Of a stretch of 64,000 nt of DNA, positions 26,755-37,750 are shown in pieces. The DNA comes from Callorhinchus milii (taxonomy: Eukaryota). The notes under the pieces are model-generated. The model saw only the letters and a program-made list of their open reading frames with translations. It was not told the origin of the DNA and did not search any database. Both the position numbers and the translations under genes were made by a program. Each line of letters starts with the position of its first letter. Within the stretch, counting starts at the first letter, position 1. The DNA lies in contig NW_024704758.1 of the NCBI RefSeq assembly GCF_018977255.1, forward strand, positions 9,238,001 through 9,302,000, written 5' to 3'.

Positions 26755-27180
26755 CATTACCCGACCAACAGAATATACTGAGTTACAGCTAATTATCTTA
26801 CTTTTTTTTGGTGGAAAGGCAGCGCCTGAGGAGATTTAAACTCGGCAGACAAATTGTATCTGACCTGTGTTCGGAATTGCAGAGCAACTTACAAACTCAA
26901 TCTGTACCCTTCCTGTATTACCAGTAGCTGTAAAGGTCACAGCTATTAACTTCTATGCTATGGGATCGTTCCAAGCCGCTTTCACAGATTATGCAGGGAT
27001 CTGTCAGTCATCCGTGTCGAATTGCATACAGCAGGTCAGGGCTACATTCAAGGGTTTACATCATTACATAAAAGTTCCTAGGAACTGACCAATAGCCCTT
27101 GAGGGAGGGATTCAGCAACAGGTGCATGTCACAGTCCTACGGGTTCCCTGGAGCTGTCTACCACATGTATGTCAGCCTAC
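26755..27180 (+). pseudogene. PIF/Harbinger transposase (HARBI1-family DDE nuclease) relic
   Basis: PTNRIY..ERQRLRRFKLGRQIVSDLCS / LPVAVKVTAINFYAMGSFQAAFTDYAGICQSSVSNCIQQV..YIKVP / GFPG, the Harbinger N-terminal HTH region; frameshifts and stops; similarity ends just before a SINE at 27203. Confidence 0.85.
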
Positions 27181-27202
27181 TATATTCAGTAATGTCTTTG
27201 TA

Positions 27203-27546
27203 AATAATAATATTAATCCTTGCATTTGATATAGCACCTTATCACATCTTTGAGACATCTCAAAGCGCTTCACAGGATACACTGTAAGGTGAATTGACTG
27301 TATATTTGTGGGCAAATCACGGCAGCCAATTACGCACAGCAGCGTCCTCCAAACAGTCGTGGATTGAGTGACCAATTTATTCTTATAATTTTTAAAAAGA
27401 TTTATTACCCCCAGAAAAGCGATCAAATGACAACCACGTTCCTTAGTTACTGCTAGGTAAGCAGACGCATTTCACCCTGTTGGGAATCAAACCCAGGTCC
27501 TCTTGCTTGTGAGGCGAGTGCTCTAAACACTAAACTACAGGACTCC
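27203..27546 (-). mobile_element. Full-length young tRNA-SINE (SINE2-1_CM-like) with altered linker
   Basis: Head ggagtcctgtagtttagtgtttagagcactcgcctcacaagc..gggtttgattccc on minus strand; standard body and (ATT)n tail. Confidence 0.9.
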
Positions 27547-27677
27547 GCATGTAAATAGGAATACTGTGTGGAAACTGGCCCAGGTAAATGACATACCTTA
27601 ATCAGATACATATATTTCTATATGCATACTAAATAGAAGTACACAAAACATGTGCTTTTTATTTGCCTTTTCTGAGG

Positions 27678-28070
27678 TGTCAGCCGACCTGGGTTGGTAG
27701 CACACTCTGAATCAGAAAATTGTGGGTTCAAACCCCATGTTGGGACTTTGAGCTCATACTCTAGGCTGAAACTCCGACAGAGTGCTGGTGGGAGCCTGCA
27801 CTATTTGAGGTGCTGTCCTTAGGATGAGATGTTAAGCACTCTGAGACACTACCTTGAGTGAAGAACCCTATATAATGCAAGTTCTTGTTAAATTGAGGTC
27901 CCATCTGGTTCTGCGGTGGACATTAAAATTCTTATGGCAACACTCAAAAAGAGAATCAAATTTCTCCCAATGTCCTGGCCAACAATCACAGTTGATCTCA
28001 TTTCATGGCTGTTTGTGGGTCATTGCTGTGGTTAGCTGCCACATTTGCTGCCATTTGTCTAGTGATACAG
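27678..28070 (+). mobile_element. Deu-domain SINE (tRNA head plus Deu core), interrupted by a mini L2-tail insertion
   Basis: gtgtcagcc..ttggtagcac..gtgggttcaaacccc head; ctaggctgaaactcc..ctgcact..gaggtgctgtcctt.ggatgagatgttaa..gaggtcccatctg..gtggacattaaaa..tgtcctggccaaca. Confidence 0.85.
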
Positions 28071-31000
28071 TCCACATGTCCAGGGATTCACTTTACACTG
28101 AAAATGTCACCTCCTCATCTCTGTTATTTTCCACAACTCAACTCGTGCTCTGTGCATTGACAGGACTGTCACTGGGAGCTTTTAAATTATCTTCTGAATG
28201 AAATAATGTTGCAACCCAAAGCAAAATTGGTTCCGCATTAAATGTGTCTTAAATAAAAAGGCCATTAAATTCAAGCCCATTAAATTGCTAATTTTTATTG
28301 CCTTTCTTTTACATAACATGTGAAGCATAGTTAACTTAATGTTGGGTGACAGAGTGATGGGATTCTAACAGCTACGTACACACAAATCAGGGAACAGTGG
28401 CTTTCACTATCACTGAAAAAAAGCTATGGGGCTGTGTCTGTTATAACTACTTGTTCAATGTGGAGTATTGACAATCTTCCACTTTCAATTACTTACCGAG
28501 GATGGATCTGTTATGGCAGATATTCTCAGCAAACCCATAAATTATAGGACATATATAGATAGATGAGTCAAATAGCCTTTACTCATTGCTACCTCTTTAC
28601 ATCTGGGACCAATGGGCGGAAAGTTCAGCACTGACCATGTTTGTATGTAATGAGAAATTCCATTAACCAGGGATATCCTTAAGTGCCACCGCATAGAACA
28701 GCGTGAAAAGTACTGTGCTGAAGGTTACTGGAAAGGAAGTTTACTGCTCATCAAATCAAAGTTGACGAGTTTTTTTTGCTAACTTTGTTTTGTTTGGTAA
28801 CTTTTGCCATTAGAATATCTTCAGCTTTCAGATGTTTTTGTTATGAGCCACAGCGCCAATCAGAATTGCTCAGTACCATCCAAACTGCATCAGCCGTTGG
28901 CTCCAGGTTCTTAAACCTGAGCTTCGTGATGGATTTAATTTGGGAAAGACAGATGGCGGTGAAGGCAGTATTTATCAACGGAGCTTTCATGTGCTTGATA
29001 AATATATGAAATAAAACCAGAGTTAGAAAGGATGTGATGATATACAGGATGCTGTGTGGATTTGGATTTAGAAAGGTATTAGATGCTGTTTAGGGGGATA
29101 ATAATGGAAAGAGTGATGGGACCTATTTTGTGGAAGCAAAAGTGTTTATCTCATCCAGTCTGTAACTGATGAAAATCCTGCCTTCCTTTCCACTTTTGTC
29201 AACTAGCTCGCCATAGCTGACCAGCATTACAATATCCTAGTCTTCTTATGTAGTCCATCGTGGGTAAATATCTTCATTATTGTTTATCTGCAACAGTTTC
29301 AGGATTATTTGTCATATTGTTGTCCAGTTTGAATCAGAAGAAAATGGATTTTATCCCCCCTTTATCATGGCCAACAATGGTGGGCCATTGAATGCTTGGC
29401 ATTTGTTCCTCACTTGGTTTACCCATAATTGTACTTGTTGCTGCATCTCAAACAAGTGTTTGGAGATCCAGTTATCTGAATGACTGTCTGAACTACTAAT
29501 AATTATTCAACTGGTCAGAAGCCTCCCACCCACTCACCCTGAAAAATATCCTTCTAACGTGCAGGCATTACATTGCAAATTGACTTTTAGGACAAATGTA
29601 AATAGGAACTGACTGTTCACACTTAGCTGTCCTGCCAAGATTGGAAATGGGTAGGTAGGATATATTCCGAAAAGTTAGGGAGTTTAAACACACTTTGGCA
29701 GAGATAAAACCGCCTTATCCTCACTGCTAAGACATAATAATGGGATTTTTTGAAGCCTCTAAAGCAAGTAGATTCTTAGATGATAAATTGCAACAACATT
29801 TAGAAGTTACTTGCTCTGTCTATCAGACACTTGCCCAATATAGAATTGCTAATTGACATGTTTCAAGCATACACAGCCTTGGAATCCCTAATTTTGTAAG
29901 GCTTTCAGTCACACTACATTTACAGTGTTAATTTCTCGTTAGCTCTAAGGATCGAAATAGTTTTGCATAATTGTCACTGGGAGCATGTGTCCAGTTAATT
30001 TAAATCACATTAGAATACATTATTGTTTTTCTGGGTCTCGAAGAAATGTTCTACAAGCTTTCGGCTCCCAAACCATGAAATGACAACTAAATTAGTCACC
30101 CTCACTTGGTCTCTGCCAAGCCTGTGTTCTTGCCGAGCTAAAGGAATCGCTGTGATGTGTCATTTAAATAGGAAAGCCGTCACACTCTAATAAAACCTGG
30201 CATTTTTGTACAAGTCTATATAGGTTTTAGTTAAATGACGATTATTGCCAATTCAATTAATTCCCATCTAAACCTTTTATTGTCCTAATAAGTTGATTTG
30301 CATCCCTGCAAGGGAGTTTTTAATGTGAAAATGAAATGAGTGCAGAGGAAATCTGTGCAGTCCAAATTGCATTGCTTGTGGAAGCTTATTGACTTTGAAA
30401 TGCGCCTGTGCACTCTAAAGCATTAAATTCACAGCGGAGCAAAAATGAGATGCCCTCAGCAACCAAAAGTTGCAAAAGCTAATCATAAAGCCCTGTACAG
30501 TACCTGCAGGCATGATGGAGTCAATAATAATTGCGTGGGTTGTTTTCTGAAGCCGTGCACCTGCCAGAGGTCTCTTATAAATATAATTATTAATGGTGGA
30601 GTTGAAATCAAGCTGACTTTCACTATTAACTAAATGTATATTTCTCCCCCCCCCTCCCCCTCCCTCCCACCTCCACCAACTCACAACGTGCCTCCACACA
30701 TCCGCGTTTAGCGAAGGAAGCAAAGCTGAGAAGGTTGGAACAGTGCTTTCCTTCAATTCTTTTTTTCATCAATATTCATTTGCTTTGATCCAAGTTTCAA
30801 GTAGTTGCTAGATCGCGTCTCTGATCATCACAGCTTTACCTGGCAGTCAGGAAGGACTGTGACAGAGCTCAGAGCTGCATGTGCTCGCACCGCAATGTCG
30901 GTCAAAGGAAATCCTTATGCTGGAAGTGAATGTGATTTATGCTTCCTCAGTGCAAAGGTTTCTGGTAATGTAAAGCCTGATGCTTTGAGCGATGACATAT

Positions 31001-32253
31001 GCCTGCACGACTAGACTGGACAATTCACAAGATGCTAAACGGCTAGTTCTCAATTCCAAATTTATCATGATTAGTGGACTATCTGTTAATATTTTGGAGA
31101 ACTTTGCCGAAGTACAATTCAAACCATCGTTACAATCCTGCTTGGAATTGGCTGCAGTGCCTTAACAGGTGTTGTTTATGCTTCACGACCATATGCCAAG
31201 TACGGTTGGAGCCTCCGCAAATTGGATCTTGACTTATTTATACTGTGCATCTCACGTTGATACGACAATGAAAATGGCACTGAATGGAGTTCGAAACACA
31301 GTATAAATTGGATTTGAGTGCTGCTGTGGCAAAGTGAGCGGCACTGCAGAATCAATCAGGCTCTGATGAAGAAATGAAGCTGCAAAGTTTTTAGGGACGA
31401 TCTACGCTTATAGCATCTCCAATGTACTTAAAAAGCCATTTGGTCTCTTTGCTCTTTGATACCACTAGAAGCTAACCATTACTCTGTGTGCGTTACTTCT
31501 TAAATTGGGTATTGCAGGTAGGTAGGAGCTGACTGGAAAATAATAAATAAAATAATAATAATCATTTCATATGGTACAGCGTGCTTCAAATCAGGAGGAC
31601 ATGTCAAAGCACTTTCCAGGATATACTGTCAAGTAGATCGAATGGCATGGCTGTGGGTGCATTGTATTTTGTGTTCACGTGTTGGTTGTCAGGAGGTGAC
31701 ACATGTTGAGTACAATTATTATCTTCCTTTCGAATGTTGCACTGGCTTTGACCTTAAATACAAAGGCACCAGCTGGCAAATAAATACGGTTGGCCTCTCA
31801 ACTCAGGTTTAATTTTCAGCCACTGAATGAAAAAGAAAAGAAAAGCTGCATTTTTATTAAACTCCAACATCATTGGGGTGAACTGGGATTGCAAGATCTA
31901 TTCAAATACTGAAGCTCAGCATTCTTTGCATCAAAGAGCTGAAATGATCGATGTGAACCTCTCTGTGTACGTGAGAGTGAATACTTGCATCACTGCTAAC
32001 ATTGAGTTAGCAGGCATAAATAAATCCTCCCCTTTGATGGATGTCAAGCTGCCTCGGAGCAAGGCTAAGGTGTATTGAGGATAGAGGTGTGCCTTGTGTT
32101 CTGGTTACTTCTGGCTCAAAGTTCAGTCCTGCTCAGTTTGCTGCAATGAAGCTAAGTTTGTTTCAGTGGCATTTATTTTTGTATTTAGTTTAGGTAATTC
32201 AGTGCAGCCAACAGCTTTTGAAAATTTCCAACTAGGAAATAACCCGATCATAA

Positions 32254-32295
32254 ATTGTCATTACAGATGATGACATTGTCATTACAGTTGATGAT
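32254..32295. repeat. 21 bp tandem duplication
   Basis: attgtcattacagatgatgac attgtcattacagttgatgat. Confidence 0.85.
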
Positions 32296-32365
32296 ATTCA
32301 TGCAGGGTTTTGCAAGGTTGTTAACGTCCTCTTGGGCAAATCTGAGCTACATTCTTGGTTTGAAT

Positions 32366-32432
32366 TCAGTGCCTTGGGGCGCCCCCTCCCCGATGTGAAA
32401 GGCGTTTTACAAATGTAATTTTCTTGTTGTTG
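32366..32432 (+). mobile_element. Minimal L2 3' tail insertion with TSD
   Basis: agtgccttggggcgccccctccccgatgtgaaaggcgtt..ttgttgttg; ttgaat at 32360-32365 and 32430-32435. Confidence 0.8.
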
Positions 32433-33143
32433 AATAACTTTCAGAGTCATGCTGTAAATTGCTTTATGCCCCTGGAGTGAAAGACAACTGAAGAAATAAA
32501 TGGAAAGAAAAGAAAACTCACAAGCTTGTAAATCACATGACTTCTCGTTCGTCTCCTAACTTGCTCTGATCAGGAACCCAGAAGGTAACTTACCTAGTGC
32601 CAAGTTATATCAAACTGTGTTGGATGGTACAAAGTGCTGTATCATGGTATCAGTGGCTTTTAAATCACTTGTATGGTGCATCATAAAAAAACTGGTTTTA
32701 AAAATTCCACATTAGACTAATTAAAATGTTTCAAGCATTGAGGAACCGTGAAGAATAATGGCCGCCTATAATTGAGTGACCCGCGGTCAGTTTACATTTT
32801 GTAGAAACGTAAGATAGGATATCTGTTCCCAATTGTTCATGTCTACCACAGCTCATGTTCCGAATAGGAAATTACAAAATTGACTTAATGTATGATTGAT
32901 TGTTAGAGGACACAGTGGTTAACTATCCAAAGGATCAGATGGCTTCTTCCAATTGTTGTTTCTTCACCTCCTAAAAAAAAATTCCAACCAACCTGTTGAA
33001 TGAATCGAATTCCTTGGTTTGTGAGAAACTTAATGACGTTGAACCAGAGTGTTAAGAACTTAGGGGATGAAAATTGCGATGTATGTTGTGTTGAGGTCGT
33101 GGCCAACTCTTGCTACAGAAATGGAGCGGGGGGTAGAGGAAGG

Positions 33144-33165
33144 GAGAGAGAGAGAGAGAGAGAGA
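33144..33165. repeat. (GA)n microsatellite
   Basis: Direct. Confidence 0.95.
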
Positions 33166-33282
33166 AAGAAAGAGGAAGTGGAGCAGCCTTATCAACTCTT
33201 GATCTCACGAGTGATGATTTACGTATCATTTTGCATTTCTTATCTTAAGATCTTGTCAGCTAGAGGCAAGATGGCACGATCT

Positions 33283-33715
33283 CGAGCAGGAGTAGGCCAT
33301 TCAGCCCTTTGAGCCTGTTCCGCCATTCGATTAGATCATGGCTGATCTGTACCTCGAATGATCCTGTCAATTCTGATTTTCTGCTTTTTCCCTTATTATT
33401 ATTATTATTATTATCCCTTGATACCCTGACCTACCAAAAATCCATCAACCTCACTCTTGAAGGTGTGGATTGATCCAGCATCCTTGGCCTTTTCGGGGAG
33501 AGAGTTCCAGATTTCTACCACCCTTTGAATGAAAAAATGCTTCCTGATTTCACTCTTAAATGACCTGATCCTAACTTTAAGACTATGCCCCTTGTTTTGG
33601 ATTCCCCCACCAGAGGAAATAGGGTCTCTGTATCTACCCTATCGAATCTCTTTATCATTTTAAACACCTCAATCGAATCACGCCCCAACTTTCCAAACTC
33701 AAGGGAATACAAATG
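33283..33715 (-). mobile_element. CR1 LINE 3' end (HER1-like tail)
   Basis: ORF2 C-terminus LYSLEF..DSIEVFKMIKRFDRVD..LFPLVGESKTRG; tail gagcaggagtaggccattcagcccttt..gatcatggctgatct typical of cartilaginous-fish CR1. Confidence 0.9.
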
Positions 33716-34127
33716 CAAACTAATTCCTGACGTAAGAACTCAGACAAAGAAGGTTTGCGCTGTGCTCTTTCAGAGAATCGGATACGTGCAGAGTCAGAGG
33801 TGAATGGCATGACACAGTACTGGCCCGATTGAAAACCTGGACTAGTATTCACTTTCCATCAATCAGCTGAATGCTCTTTGATGTGAAGAAAACTGATCTC
33901 CACATTTCTCTGTCTCAAAGAGCACCTGCGTCTTGGTGCTTAATTTGAGTCATATAATTGCTTTGTTTGCAATAAGATTAATTGCTAATTACAAATGGTT
34001 GAGCAGTACTAGACACACATAAATTTAGCCTCATTTGATGTTTCTCATACTTTTCATACTGGCAAACAATGAAAGGGGACATGGTTGCAAATAGCTAGTC
34101 TTGCTCTGTCAGCTACAGTTCAATGTT

Positions 34128-34347
34128 TGTGCATCCCGCAGTCACTTCACCTCACCCCCTCCCTTGCTTCCTTCAAGACCCTCCTCTTCGACTGTGCCTT
34201 CGATCATCATCCTTCCCCCCCACTGTCCTCCACCCTCTCCGATCCCATCCCCCAGCTCGGGTCCAAAACACTAATTGTCCAGCCCCTTGGGAAGTCCTCC
34301 CTATGTGAAAGGTGCCATACACTTTTTGTCATTTTGTTGTTGTTGTT
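34128..34347 (+). mobile_element. L2 LINE 3' fragment
   Basis: IPQSLHLTPSLASFKTLLFDCAF, C-rich 3'UTR, terminal stem-loop and (TTG)n. Confidence 0.85.
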
Positions 34348-34509
34348 TGTGAACCATTTAGGCTTTCTGGACAAGGTAAAAAGCAATAAGTAAACTTGTC
34401 AGTCCAACAGACCAGGCAAAGAAATACTAATTCCCAAAGTCCCAAATCATGGGGGAGTGCTGATTATTGGAGTCTGTTCAGGAGTATGTTAAATGGAGTT
34501 TGTCAAAAA

Positions 34510-34722
34510 AAGAAGGTAGTTTCTCCCCATGTCTTGGCGGACAATCACCCAAATAAAATTGGTCTTTCACTTCATGGCTGTTTGTGGGACATTGCTGGAC
34601 ACAAATTAGCTGCCAGTTCGCCTACAAAATACATTCACTACACTTTGAGTGTGTCCTGTAAAGCACTTTGAGATGGCTTGACAACTCATTAAGGTGCAAT
34701 ATAAATTGCAAGGATTATTATG
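34510..34722 (+). mobile_element. Deu-type SINE 3' half
   Basis: tttctccccatgtcttggc..ggctgtttgtgggacattgctg..tgtaaagcactttgagatg..tgcaaggattatta. Confidence 0.75.
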
Positions 34723-35654
34723 ACTAAAACCGAAACCTTAACAATGAGGTGGAACAAAGCACTGTGCAAAGTTAGACAGTTTCCTGGAGAAATTATTCAT
34801 TCACAAACTATTCATTGCACTTTACTTAGGAGTGTGAGAGAGGAGTCACAAGAGGTCTTTGATGAGTATAACTATTTTTTTAAATTTGCCTAATTTCAGC
34901 TTAATTTGCCTTAATTTTCCGATGTACTGCACTCTGTTATCTAAACTGTTGCTGGATTAGAAACAAATGCAATCTGCAGAGAGTTGCACAAAATAACAAG
35001 GCAGCTACCTCTCCAATCACTAGTTTTATTTTAGAGCATCAAGCAGATTTTTTCTTGGAGGAAATTTGGTGTTTATTTGCTAAAAAGAGGAAAGACACAT
35101 TTTCTCACATCAAGACGGGGAGGCAGAAGAACGATACACATCAGATTTAGGTGACAGTGGTGTGTGGGGTGTGGGTGGGTGGTAGGGGAGGAAGGGAGCA
35201 TTGATGGATTGGACATGGAGAATTCATAGAGACGTGTTACCTACAGGCTGGCAAATTGCTTTGCTTCTTAGCTCACAGGAAGGTAAATTCCCTTTGCTCA
35301 TTGAAATGGCCTAAAGTCTAAAGAAACCATTATGTCGTCTTGTGTGACAAACGTTTAAAAACAAACGCTTCACAATCTCATCATTAACTGAGCAATGGTG
35401 AAGAGCCAATTATAACGTCATCTGTTTAGGCAGGCTTCAGCATAGTTTGACTCGAGACCAATTTGTTAGAGCTCCTCTTCCTATGTGTTTACTGGAACGG
35501 ATCAAACTTGAAGGAGAGCAAAAATAGCATTTGTCGCCGGTTCAGGTTTTCAGCTTTGTTTATATATCTCTTGCCGTTGGCACAAGAGTTTATCTGGTGC
35601 ATCGTTCCACAAGGCCTATGACATTAGGAGGAGCTCAGGTTTCTGTGTGTTCCT

Positions 35655-35850
35655 TCCTGAACTATATAGTCTGGGCTGACACTCCAATACAGTGCTGGGG
35701 TGAGGAGGAAGCGCTGCATTGCTGGAGATGCCGTCCTTCAGATGAGATGTTAAACCAAGCTCCCGTATATCTGTTCAGGTGGACGTTAAAGGTCCCGTGA
35801 CACTACCTCCTGGTGGACTGACCAATAATCCCCAGATAAAATTGATTGTG
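35655..35850 (+). mobile_element. Deu-domain core of SINE
   Basis: ctgggctgacactccaatacagtgctg..gcgctgcattgctggagatgccgtccttcagatgagatgttaaaccaag..gttcaggtggacgttaaaggtccc. Confidence 0.85.
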
Positions 35851-37489
35851 GTGGGTGGGGGTGTGTGGGGGTGGGGGGCTTGAAAAAACAAATACAGCAC
35901 TCTTGGACAAATCAGAGTTTAGTCCTTTGTCTGGATGCCCCAAACAGAAATTGCTGCCCACACGGATACAGACATTTATGTGCAGCATTTTGAAGAGTGG
36001 CAGTAGAGGTGACTGGTGCTGTAGTGCCTATGGCAGCGTGTTATTTAAATAGGATTTTATTAGTTGAGATGTCTGATACTATAACTGATTGTGTGAGGAA
36101 TAAAATTGAGACCTGGGGACAATTTACATGTATCAGAACATTGCCGTGGATTTGATGCTGTGCTATCACCATTGAATATTTGTGGATTCAAATGTATTTG
36201 CAAATATATCATTTTGGAATTTAAAGTGCTGAATATAAATTGGCCCGAATAACGTGCTTCTTTTCAGCCCCAAAATATTATGTTATACGGGCCAATTTAA
36301 TAATATCTCGGGGCCTCCAGATAAACACACCAATTACGCCTTCAAGAAATGGCTTGGCTGCTTTTAAAATCCATCTGATCATCTCGGAAATCATTTGCCG
36401 CTTTCTAGAGGCCGATTGCACATTATTACTTTTGTGGATTCAAAGGCCGTTCGGAAATCAGCATTGTACTGAGAATGAAACAAAAGCTCCCTGTGTTTCC
36501 GTGTCCCATTCTATATTAAGAATGCATTTGTTTGACTTCAGCGGTGACTTCTCCATGAGAGTCAGATGGAACGAGTGTGAGTCAACCGGTTACCAAGGTA
36601 ACTCTTTCACAAATCTACCTATTATATTTGTGTGCGAGTAGGGGCGGATTGGAGAGATGCAGTCAGTCTCTGGTACCCTGCCGAGATTAGAGTGAGAGTC
36701 TTAAAATTCTAAACATTAAGAATAGGATGTGATTTTGTACACCCACAAAAACACAGGGCAAACCTGTGGTCTGCCTTGTTAATTGAGTAACTCCTCTTTG
36801 GTCCATTTGAGTCATGGAATCAGTTCCCTTGTTTAATTCTGTTGGATTTCGACTCCCCAAATAACACCACGGGAAAATGTACGTTTTAAATCCTCACAGA
36901 AGAGACTATGTTTTAGGATTTTCAAGAGGTTTTATGTAGAGGTTGTTGTGAAAAGTCTATTGAATTGTAAGAGAATCTGGATTTAGTCTCGGAGGATCCA
37001 TTTACTGACTCTCTGAACCCAAAGTTTGATTATTAAGACAGATAACAAGGTTACGTAAACCCTGGGATGGTTCTTGGGATCTGCATTCATAACACCAACA
37101 GACACCCATGCACTGTCTCTCCACCTGTAAATAATGGAGAAAGATGGAAGGAAAGTTTATTGGTTGTATTCATTACAATTTTTGTTCCGGTTTTCTTGTG
37201 TCCCTATATGCACTTCCCTTGTGGAATATCTTAGAAAAATTATAGTCAGAATTGGACTGAAAGTCCAAGGTTACAAGTCACAAAACACATCAATTTGTTT
37301 TGACCCATTTTACAGTGTATCGTACCAACCAGCATATCTCCAGAAATTCTGGTTTAAATGCATCAGGAATTTCTCAATTTATATAATTAAGGAGATGAGG
37401 CAATTTGTAAATGCTCAGATATTCTCCACAACTTTGTAACTGCTGTGGCGACGGAAGCATGGAAATGTCAACTGTGGGCTGAATTGTGC

Positions 37490-37750
37490 ACATAGAGAAG
37501 GGAGTTTTTTCCGAACACTCCTGGCTGACAATTCCCCAAATAAAATTGGTCGTTCACTAAATTTCTGTTTGTGCACCATTGCTGCGCACAAATTGGCTGC
37601 CAAATTCACCAACAAAATATGCAATCACTGCAATTCACAGTAAAAAAATATACTGTCAGTTCACTTTACAGTATATATTCTGTGAAGTGGGTTGAGACGT
37701 CTCAAAGACGTGATAAGGCACTATTTCAAATGCAAGGATTATTATTATTA
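37490..37750 (+). mobile_element. SINE 3' half, apparently a Deu-type body fused to a young-family tail
   Basis: ctgtttgtgcaccattgctgcgcacaaattggctgcc, duplicated ttcac..cagt segment, then gagacgtctcaaagacgtgataaggc..aaggattattatta. Confidence 0.8.

Noticed and set aside
32777-32789. Estrogen response element (tgacc-cgc-ggtca)
   Set aside because: Half-sites are everted relative to the canonical GGTCAnnnTGACC.
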